From NCBI GenBank assembly GCA_037146775.1, contig JBAWWL010000009.1, positions 4,575 through 68,574 on the forward strand: DNA of 64,000 nt, in the 5' to 3' direction. The notes beneath the pieces were generated by a model that was not told the origin of the DNA, ran no database searches, and saw only the letters and a program-made list of their open reading frames with translations. This DNA is from Candidatus Omnitrophota bacterium (lineage in GTDB: Bacteria > Omnitrophota > Gorgyraeia > Duberdicusellales > 4484-171). Every line of letters starts with the position of its first letter. The first letter of the stretch is position 1. Positions 26,401 through 38,400 of this stretch are shown piece by piece. The position numbers and the translations under genes were made by a program.

Positions 26401-29400
26401 GAACAAGAGCAAACCCTTCCCGCCTACTATAAAGCAAAACTCCATTGGCTCTGCCGTATAAAAAGCGCAGCATTTCCTGAGGAACAGCTCCGGCTACATA
26501 AGCAATACCAGTTAAATCTCTACGCCTTATTTCCTGCTCAATATCATGTATTCGTTGTTCTGAACCTAAACCGACAAAAAGAACCTTAACTCCGCTTAAA
26601 AATTCTTTCTTCGATCTAAAATGTTCAAACTGTAAACCCTCTAATGCATCAAGAATCTCTGGTAAACCTTTTCTACTATCTAAAGAGTTCGGCACGAGTA
26701 TGAATACATCGTCATCTCGCATAAAATACTGCTCGCGCAAATACCTAGAAACCGCCTCGCGTTCAAGATCAGTCAAAGAATTAAAGTTATTATCTTCAAA
26801 TAAAGGCCCTATCCAGTCCACTCTTGCGTTAGGAAATCTCTGGCGGATATCTTCCGGCGAAGCTGGATTAACGGTTAAAATACGCACCAAAGGATTATTC
26901 ACCAGTTTTTCGAATATGTAGGGTTGAAGATATTTTTCAGCGGCATCCCAAACCTCACTGGAATTAAAACCAGTAGCATTGTGTAAATAAGCTAAAAATG
27001 GAAGATTCCTTTTGGTAACAATATCAGAAACTCCATAATGATATTCCTGTAAATGTGAAACCACTAACTCTACATTGCTGTCTTGCGCAACATAGGCACT
27101 TATTTTATTCTCAAGATCATCTAATTCGTGGCCTTCTTCTATTGCAAAAGGAATAAACAATATTTTGCTGGTACCAATTTCTAAAGTTTTTGTTTCCTGG
27201 GTCTTATTGCTGTCCGGATAAAATACCACTTGCGTCAGCCCGGGATTACGCGCAGCAAGCATACCGATAAGCTTAATCGCATAGCGGCTGATACCGTCTG
27301 CTTTTAAATCCGGCGCTAACTGAATAATGGTGCGGTTAGCCAAAAGCGAATTTTCTATTGGCGTAGGCGTCAGAGAAAATTGTTCAAGATATGTTTTCGT
27401 ACCGCTAGTTGGCCTGCTTTGTAAAGATTTTAAATGCGCAACTAACTCTGCGATGCGCGCTTCCTTAACTTGCCCATCATTGCCCAATAATGTTCCTGCA
27501 GTGCCAACGCTAAAATCTTTGTCTAGTCCAGGTGTCTGTGACAAAGAAGAATCCACGGCTGATGACGCTACAAAGCTGGGAGCTTTTTTTGACTGAGGAG
27601 TTTCCTCTAATTTCGCTGAATTATCAGTAAGCGCTGAGGATGCAAAACCAGGAGAGACGACCACCTCTATCCTTCCCAATCCTTGTCCACGCAACAATTC
27701 TTTTAATTCCTCCTTACGAGCTCCATCAGAAATCACTAAACGCCTTGCGTATTCTAATGGAATTTCTCCAATAATAATACGCTGGTCCCTAAACTCACTC
27801 TGAGGAATGTCGAATTCAAAGTACGCTTCTCTACCATAGTAACCCTGGACCGCCTGTTCACTCTCAAATACCCATATACAGTAATTGCGTAATACATCAT
27901 CAATATTTAACATGCCATATGTTTCCATACGTGTAAGAGAAGCGTCTCCCAAAAGGTGTCTTGCCCTAGGATCGGTATTAGCCTCTATAGAAGTTTTATT
28001 GAGCAAAATATAATTTCGTAAATCAAAATTGCTTTGCTCTAACGTAATCAGATCCGCTGGCCTCATACTACGTAAAATACCTTCATAGAAAAAAACCATA
28101 AGCTTTCGGATACCTGAATCTTGACTATCTATCAAATCAACGCGCTTAAGCGACATTATTGCTTTTTGCCGAATAATACTTTTAACCTTATCGATTGCAT
28201 CGCCCCCCACGCGGCTGGCACCACGAACACCATGATATACTCTTGCACGCTCTGTACTCACATTCATTGGCATCCCGCGCTCATTGAAAGATAAAGAATT
28301 TTCCTCAAGCGGCGAAGACGCAAAGTCATGGCCGGATTCATTAGCGAGAGAACGACGAAACGCATCGTCGACCCCGTAGAGTCTTACCTCAAAATCAGTA
28401 GATTCTAATCTTGTGCGCTGGGAAATCACCTCTTTTGCGCTCTTAATTAATGCTTCAATTAAACTTTCGCCATCGCGGTCTAAAACAAATTCTTCATTTT
28501 TTGAAAAATCTTTGAAAACATTTCTTGCGGCCTCATAAAGACATGCCGTTAATTGCTCACTTAGTTCTTCGGCTTTTTTACTTTTTGGGACAATATCTGT
28601 TTGCTTAACCAACCTCATAAGCTTTAACACGATAGGCAAAAGCCTGGATATCTGCCCCGGATTTATACCCGCGGCAAACATTCTTAATGCCTGTTGGTGT
28701 TCATAAGGCGCATCCCGTTCTGGTATCGTTAATAATTCCACCGCAATCCGTATCGCCAAATCCCAGCTATCTGCAAATAAAGTTTTCATGGGCGACTCAT
28801 CGCCTTGTACCAGGAATCGTTTAACCACCTGTTCATAACCATCCGACCAATTTTCATACAGTTTCATTAAAGCATGTAATAATACCCGTTCATTACGATA
28901 CACATTACGGATTTTCCCGGCAGCAGCCGCAACTTTTGCCTCAGCTGTTCCGTATATGGCACTGTTCAGCATGGCTTCCGCCAAATCTTCGCTTACTTGC
29001 TCAGCGCCTACACCAAGTATTTCCCTTAGCTCTTTATTCCTTAAAGCAATTCTTAGCATAACATCTCTAGCCAACTCTTCAGTTACTGCCTCTAGGAGCA
29101 AATGATAGAAAGCCCATAGCTGACGGCTTTTAGCAAAAACGGTCAACACTCCTTCAGTAAAATTGGTATGAATTATTTCATGGATAATCAGTTTTGTGAT
29201 ATTTGGTACTCCCACAATCCGATCATTCACCAGGATAACATCTATGTGGGCGTTGCCGTCGCTCAGGCGTATATTCATGCCTGACTCTCTCCTCAAGCCA
29301 AGTAATTTCGTAAGCCATGAGTTCTGCGGTATAAACAAAACTCCTTCTTCATTAAAAACACGCTGCAAGCTTTCGTTCTGAGCCGCTTCTGCTTTTATTG

Positions 29401-32400
29401 CGTGCAAAGCAAACACCTGGTCATCGCGCGGTAATTGTGCGGCGGGAATATTTTTTCCGGTTATTTTCGCACCTCCCTCAACCATAGAGAGAGCTCTCAC
29501 AAATACACCAAGCCTGTCGGGAGAACTATCTTCTGCCATTAAGGCTTTCAATGTTGAAATTCTAGCTCGAGCACGATCAAGCTCCTCTCTAGACTGCTGT
29601 TCGGCTGAGACGGATGACGTTTCTTTTCCAGAAACAGGCTTACCGGTACTACTCGGCAAAAACTTTCTTACCATTGCCGCGATATCTAAGCCTGTCTCTT
29701 GTTTAAACTGATCGTTTCTTACGACTCTCTCTGCGTTTTCTTCATAAACACGAAGATATTCATCCATTATCTGGTATATATTCACTACTGCCGCAATATC
29801 TCTGCTGGGCTGGGCTAATGGCGAAGAAGCTATCGCAGAATCTTCTTTTGGCGATGAAACTAAACTATCCTTTATTTGAAGAGAAGATGAGGCTGTGGCT
29901 GGCTGGGTTTCTTGTCCTACTTGTAGTGTCGGATAACGATAAGAATATGTATTAGCCTGACGGATATCGCGTAGTAATGCGATAGGGGCAAAAGCATCAC
30001 GAACAGCCTGAACATTAAACCCAGCGCTTTCTTGTCTCTGGGTAAACTCTGCTTCTGCCATCATTGCGGCAGTATGAGCATGAATGCGGGTGTTGCCGGT
30101 TCTTAAAGCATAACACTCTGTAAATTCGTGGATAAGTATGTGGGAAACAAGAACGTTTTGTTCTTCCCTACTTAAGGGTGGTGCCTGGTTAAAATGCGCC
30201 TTGATACGGCCCAGTGAAACACGCTGATCTCCAGTGAGATTAGGAATAGTAGAGAAGAGTTTATTAATATAATTCTCCCGCTCACTACGAGTACCATGAT
30301 TCAGAACAAAGAGCATCTCGCTAAAAGCTTGAGTGTTAACCAAAAGCATAGCGCCGTTATCGGCAGGACGAACAAGGCCATTAATCGTTCTTGGGCCTAC
30401 AGGTTTGACGGTAATTGTAGTACCAGCGATACCAATAGTTTGTTCACTCAAGTCAAAAGTAGTGCTGCCTAAAATGCTAAAAGCTATAGGGTTTACTCCA
30501 TTAGTTTCCTTAAGTATGGTATCAGCAGGTGAGGCTAATACTTCCATATCACCAGTTGATACCTGGCCCGGCTGGCCGGTAAGGCCGACATTAACCGGCA
30601 ATTGTCTGTAAGACTCATCCGCAGCTGTTCTTTTTTCAAACGGGTCTTGAACACCCGCTTCAATAAGACGCCAACGTGGACAAAAAATATTTGCCACCTG
30701 ATGGATAAAGACATCCGAGCGACGCATGGCTCGCATTGCCTGACCAATGGTAAAAGGCTGACCCGCACTATGATAGCGCTCTATACTCCGCAATGATCCG
30801 CCAACGGCCTGCTTATTTTTATGAGCAATCGCAAGTGTAGTAATATCGACAGATACGCCCAAATTATGCAAAGTACGATTGAGATTGTCAACAAAATCAT
30901 GGGCATAACACGCATCAAACACAATATTTACATTATTCAAATTGCCACGTTCAATAAGCCAGACAGCTAATTCTTCAACCGATATGATCTGCGACGGTGA
31001 CAGCGCAAATCCTTCTCGATTTGCGTGACCGGAAAAAGTTATGGTTAAGGGCCCTTTATGTGTAATTATGGCATCTTTGACATCAGTAATGACGTCTGCC
31101 GTGGCGGGCACAGTGCTTCCTCCGACATATGAATGAATCTGTCCACTGCTCATATCACTTGAGGTCTGTAACGCTTCATAGCGGGTTTGTTCCGCACGCA
31201 TCTCTTCATGAAAAATGTTTACTGCCGTGCGTCTGGAAGAATATAGCTCATTTTGCGACTGCCGGTCATCCGGCAAGGTTTCTTGTACTACCCTACGACC
31301 TGCGATGATAAAATCAAACGCTTGTACGATTTCAGCTTCGGATGCTTCTTCGGGAATAATGCCCGAGGCTCTCAGATGATAATATACCGCAAGACCTACT
31401 TCATAACGCTCTTCATCTTCCATATGACTAGTACGCGTCTTAAAGCCCTGGCTCTGGTAAACAATGTGGTGGATAAAGGTATGACCGTAAAAACGGAAAG
31501 GCAGTTGCAGAAGCAACTCAGCCAAGCTATCCGTTTTAATCATTTGCCTATTATAATTTCTTATCGCGGTTAAAGCCGCTACTGCTGTTGCATAGTCGTC
31601 GTTTGCAAGATCGTCTCTTTTCATAATGCCCTCAAGCGTTGCAACTGTTGCGGGCTCTGCCCAATCGGGATGTTGAGAAAACAACACGTTATATACACCG
31701 GCAATTTCTCCAAAAAATGCTGCCGGTCTTTGCCTAGATGCTGCTGCATGTTCAAGAGCTTGTCTACGCGTCGGTGATGCAAACAGTCCTGAACGCTTCC
31801 GAGCAAATTCCTGCGCCGCGACCGCGGCCGCCACCACAACAGGCACCACAGTAAAGTCTCCTTCAATATTTAGAACACGCAAAATTTCATCAATGCACTC
31901 ATCTGCATATTGCCCAGTATATTGATTACCACCGATGGCAGCCAAAGCTCTCATAGCATCACCGTTTTTTTCTGAATGCAGTTTAACCGCATCAACTGTC
32001 GACCGCGCAATCAAATCTGAACGTTCCTGCGAAAGATCAACAATAGCTCTCAACGAATATGAGTGAGTGGTTATACCTCTATCGCTTGCATTCAAATTGC
32101 GCTCAAAAGCCTCAATTGTGGAAGCGCGTGCTCTATCCGATTTTTTTCTCACAATCCTTAATAATGCATTTGTCGCTATAGAATAACTATGGGCTTCAAG
32201 CCTATTTTCATTTAAAACTCTTTCGAAGGTGTCAAAACACATATCAATAAGGTTGGTATTATTTGAATAAATAGCTATTTCAGTTAAAGTCCTAGCAACC
32301 TGGGAATAAACCTGGGAGGCAATTTCTTCGCTATCATAACTAGTACGATCTAGCGCAGCCGTATTTAAAGCATCGAGCAAAACCTTTGTTGCTTTGCGGG

Positions 32401-35400
32401 AAACTACGCTTTCAACGCCTGAAGTCACAATAACAGACAACGTTTCGCAAACAAAACTGATGGCTTGCGGAGTAACATTGGGCTTTCGAAGTATTACCTC
32501 AAGAATTCCAACTGTACCTTCGTTAATAAGTCCTGGTTTATTTCTAGCAATATTCTTAAGATCGCTGACCCCATCTATATAGCCGTCCTGTAAAAGATTT
32601 TCAATTGCTTGCAGCGCTTCTTGAGCCCTAGCGCCATCTTCTCTGATAGCAATTGTGGCTAACTGATATGTACTTTTCTCTCTACGCAGCTCTTCTATAG
32701 ATTTCGATGGGATTTCTTGATTAAGCGGTGAAGAAACCGCAGAAGAAACTCTTACTTCACCAATCTTTCTTTCTAATCCTGCTAATTCTTGAGATATCTG
32801 GTTAATCTCTCTTCGTAAAATTTCCTCTTTTAGCCCAGGATCTTCGCCTTTAGTTAAATCGGCCTGTAATATTTCTAATCGTTCACTTAACCTCTGCCGG
32901 TCACGGGCAAGTATTGTCCTTATTGTTTCAGGAAATGCCGCGGGAGCCAGCATTTCTTCTGTAATACGTATATATTTACCTTCGCCAAGCCACCAAATCT
33001 TTTCTGCGGGAAGATTTTCTGAATAGCTACTTATCACTACGCGGCCGGCTAAACTTCTGCCAAGAAATTGTTTTATCTGCGCCTGCTCCTGGTTATTAAA
33101 AGAACGCGTATAGATAACTGCAACCTTTTTAACTCCTAATTCACTAAGCGGCTGGGTGTATCTCGTGAGGCTGGCTGTTTCCATCTCTACAAGAGGCAAG
33201 CGTGAAACTACATATCCAAAAAGATATTGACCGTCAGCCCAAATCTCCACATACGACCAGTTTTCGGTTGGTGAGTCAGTGTATTCTATTTTTGCAGCTG
33301 GTATTTGCGCTTGCGGATAACCCAATAACCATCCTTGCTGACTATCAATAAACGCCTTTTTGATGGTTGTGATAATATCTCCGTCTTGCACACGGTAAAC
33401 TTCCGGATGGTTTGAAATTTCTGTCTTAATAGCCTGTGGGTTATAAAATAATAATTTTTGGCTAGCATGGCCATCAGATTCTTGTAGCGTAACTTCTATT
33501 TCTTGAACATTTCCTCCAGGCAAATGCGCAAGCAGCTGTCTAGCTTGCTGCGCATTCGCGGGACTAGAGTCATCAAGCAAATATGACGGCTTTGCTCCAA
33601 GTGCAACTAAAGTAATGGGTAAAGTGAGTGGATTATTTCTATTATCAGCAACAAACTTTTTCATTCCTTGAGAGGCAATCGCTGACGAAGCAGTGCTCTT
33701 CACTGTAATATCTTCAGCCTGTTTTGCTGCCGGCGATGATGCTGAACCATCAGGACCAACTACTAATTTTTTTAACTCATCAAGCTGCGAATATTTACCT
33801 TCGGGAATAATCGGCCGGCCCTGCCAAAAATTAATTCTTCTTTCTTCACCAACACCAAAAACATGTCTACCAAATCTCCCCAAACCTATATCAGCGCAAT
33901 AAAAAGATATAGCCAATTCAAATAATTGTCCTTTAGGTATACCTAAAGAAACTACTCCAGCAGTTAGCAAACCATCTGCTTCTGCCGGCGAGATAGCTTT
34001 TGAGATTGTTCTACCAACAATATCTTCGCCAACAAGATAACAAATAAGATTAATTTCAAATTCTGAAAACTGGGAACTTAAAGTTTCTCTGATATATCTT
34101 ACCGAAGCCTGTTCGTGCTCTGAGTGACTACGAATAAGCGCTTTACCGATATCATGCAGCAAAGCTGCTATTACCATCAGCCGTTTTATCGGTATAGCGG
34201 CACCACTGCTATCCCGTAAAGACATCGCATCGATTGTCCTATCTTCATAAACACTATTCATCGTATACAAAGTATGATCTAATAAATTTCCTCCGCCCCT
34301 GGGAGTAGCTATAGGCGCTAGTTGCGGAGCTACTTGCACAAGAAGCTGCATCACTCTCGTGTCACCATCAAGAAGAATACGCCTACTTAATTCATCTTTA
34401 TACTCCTGGGATAAGCCAGAATTATTTATTGCTGCAATGGCTTGCTGTTCAGGCTTGACTGTTTCTTGCGCATTTGCCACAGCTAATTCTGCCGCAGAAG
34501 GAGATACTTGACCAAAATCTTCTAATTTCACCGTACTCACATCGTGTTCGCTATATACATAAGTTGTTGGATCACGGTCAAGATATCCTACTTCGGCTTT
34601 TAAATAATCAAAAAGAGTTATTTTTCTTCCAATCCAAGGATGAGCCATCATTTTTATAGGAGTCGCATTGTAAGCAGTTGCTTTTACAACTTCCCTGTCA
34701 ACCAATACCTCTGCCAATAAGCCTTGCAATAATCCTTGATTATCCTGTCCTGGTTGATAATCAGCTTCGAGACGCGCCTGGAACCTATCTAAAAACTGCG
34801 CATCCAGATAACCAAATAGAGTTTGGAAATATGCAGGCCGCAAGCCGCAGATACCGCCTTCATCATTAGGCCTTAAGTTATTAACTTCTCTTTCTAAAGC
34901 TGCTCGCGCTTGAGCGATTGCCGATTTTGACAGTCTGCCCTGGGCTATCCATTGAAGAATTTTATAAATATTCTGTTTTGCACGTTTCTCGGCTAACTCC
35001 CATACCATGACCTTTTGAACACTATTGGCGATAGTATCCTGGTCTATGCGTTGTGTCCTTTTTCTCGCGCACTCAGGAAGGGGGACAGCATTATCTCTAT
35101 TCGCGCGATCTGCTTCGGGACTGTTAACATAACAAAAAGCTAAGGTCACGGCTGTATCAACCGCTCTATATTTATGGCCAATCAATTCTAAAAATAACAA
35201 ATCAAACTCATGAAAGGCTTTTGCTCCATGAGAATCTTTTATTTCCCCACCTCTAAGTGCGTAATGTACGATTGCCGTGGATAAAGCGTGAGTCACATAA
35301 TTAGCCTCTGCATTATCATGTTCGGAACTTCCTCTGAAAACATTGTTCATATTGTCAAAAATTACTGGCACAATCAGCCGTTGCCCTCTATGCGCATATA

Positions 35401-38400
35401 GTCTGAATCCGCCTTGAGCATTGAGCAGGGCCATCGTGCCTGCCTCACTAGTAACTACTCCAGCGTCTAGTAAAGTATTGTGCAATTCTGTGAATGTACA
35501 TGTAGGAAGGGTGATCTTCTGCGCTATGGGAGTCATCTCTGCTAAGACCCCTCTCTCTCCGGCAAAAGACTGCGCCATATCGCTTGTTTGAGAAATAATA
35601 TTGTTTTGTTTATTCCATAAAAATGCTTCTAGTATTTGGTCGGGAGATACCTCGCCACGCGCTACAAGCTGACGCAGCTCTTCGTACGCTCCACGCATAA
35701 GCAGGCAACGAGCATGTAAAATGGGCGATTCCCCTAAATACGGCGCGAGCATTCCATCATTTATGTCTTCGGCCATACGCCAATATCCTTCGACAGCATA
35801 TTCATCATCGAGAAAAACCATTAACAAGCTCCAGGAAGATCCGTATGCGGCTTTTTTAATCAATTTTTCCACTAAAGCATCATATCCGGGAAAACAAAGT
35901 AAATTATCCAGTCTAGTAAAAAACGCGTCTAACCCTTGCGGTCCGGCAACACGCAATATTTCCTTAAATGCCCCTATCGCATACTCTCTATCAATTTGTA
36001 ACAACATAGTAAATGATCCTGCGATCTGGCGTAAAAATCTCTCAATATCAATTCTTTGATTACTAGGCACCTCTTCGTTCCTACGCACTAGTAATTCAAC
36101 CAATTCATTATCAAATGCTACACGCGCCATAGCAAGGTTTCCGCCTGCAATCTCATGAATTACCATACGCTCATTAAAAAGGTTGTCACGAGAAGCGGAA
36201 TATTTAACAGCCTGGACCACAGTATGTAATTGCTCTCGAGTTAAACTTAAGTTCTCATGCGCCTCCAGGAATCTTGGCACAAGATATGCCAATCGTCTAC
36301 ACACTGGATTACCGCTAGTATCCCTTATAGCATTAACAACAAAAGGAAGCTGTGCGGGATTATCATGAAGTGCTCTACCTATAGCTGTGAGAAGCGGATC
36401 GTAGTCATCCCGGGATGGCTCTCGAGTTTTTCTGGCATTTACTAAAAGTGGTATAAGCGTAAGATCTCCCGCGGGTGCATCTTCAAGCACGCCTGCTAAA
36501 TCATGATCATACGACAATCCTTTTTCACCGCATAATACTGTGAGCAAACCTGGGTTATGAGAAAAAGCTTTTTGCAATACCCTAACTAGGGCTTCTCTGC
36601 GTTCTCTTTGATGGACAGTTGTTTCATTAAGCATATCAACAAACACTTGAGTATCAGCTAAAGTAAATGCCTGAGGAGAACGTGAAATCAAATCTTCTAA
36701 GGCTGCTACTAGAAAATTAAATGTCTCCCCTGTTCGGACTTCATTAATTGCAAAAACTAAAGGCCCTGTTTCATCCATAAGCAGCGTAACATCATAGTTA
36801 TTATTCCTGATCGCTCCTAGAGCACCAGAAAGAACGGATTGCCTTACTTTGTCATCTTGCGTTCGATGGGCAGCTTTAAGCAAATACACAATTTGTGCTG
36901 CGCTTGGTTTTATACGAGTGTTATGCACCAAGCTAAGATTTAAGACATCCGCATAGGCTGCTTCCGTCGGACTAGAAACCGTGCCTTGGACTGTTTGATC
37001 ATGCACGGCTCTAAATTTTTCAAACACTAGATCAAATAATTCCGGGTTATGTGCGATAGCGCGGCTATAAGCATGAGAAAGATCAATTCCTCTGGTAATA
37101 GCTTTGTCAAAAGCTTGTGTTTGTTCCGAAGTAATCGTAATGTGCGACCTGTCAAATCCCTTGATAAATATAAATTCTAAAAAACTAATAAATTGTTTAT
37201 TACTACCATCGCGTAGATTATCAAGCGCATTTAATACTTCCGACAGCAACTCATGGTTTCTCGCTAAGGCCTCTCCGATAACTTCCCATGCAAGCTTATA
37301 TCCCAAATCCCGGTCCTTTATTGTTTCTAAAACCTTCATTGTTCCTGATAAAACATCTGGATTATTTACAAGAGCATACTGCAAAACATGAAAATATAAA
37401 TCTCTATGCGCTGCTTCTACGTTTCCGTCACAAAGAGGTTTAATCACTAAAGTTTCAGCTTCTTGTGCGGAAAGCTTAACCTCTCTACTATTTGAAAGGG
37501 CATTATTTACGGCTGCCAATAATCGTAGCTGCACATCCGTTCGCGATTCACTCGCTAAAGCAGAAATTAAGCGTGTGGTGAGATTGGGATATCTTGAAAC
37601 GTGTACTCCTAAACGCCTCGAAGATAACGACTCACCAGCCACAACACCCTCCATGTACATATCAAAAAATCGATTAATGCTCTCATCCTGGTTAGCGTCA
37701 GTCGTAACCGCCGACGACACTACTGATTTAGTTTCCCCTTCTTTACGCTCTGCATCTTGCGCCTTGCGCTGCCCTACATACGCTGCAACTGCATCTATCT
37801 TTTGTTGGCCCGAAGGATGCGTGTTTGTCGCGGTTTCTGATAAAGGAAATGCTTTCTGTAACTCGTTAACAGCAGCTACTGGCGCATTCCAACCGTAAAT
37901 TGACACAACAATGTCTGTGGCAACTCTATCTACCTGCAACTCGATTTCGGGAGTACTTGGCCCATAAAAACGGTGTCCCACTTCATGAGCGATAAGAAAA
38001 GTAAGGGCCTGATCACTTAAAGCACGTACGGCCTCTGGAGTAACAAGCACAATCCAAAGCCGTTCATTTCCAACATACTCAGCGCTCTCCGGCAACCGGG
38101 GTAAAGAAACTTTTATTCCGTCTCCAAGCTCAATGGTTACACTCTTTACATGCTCTTCAAGTGCACCAGGAGAAGTCGATATATAATCGGTATCAATTCC
38201 AATTGCATGTGGCAACGGTGAAAAATGCAATCTTTCGGCTGCCTGAGTAACAGCCTGGAATCTTCCCTCAAGTCTACGATGCCACTCAGCAAACTGCTCA
38301 CGGGATATATATGTGTAAGCCGCTGCGTATCTTTCGCTAAAATATTCTTCGAGACGTTCTGAAACTGTTGACCTAGTCTGCAAACTCTCTCGCACCTCCG

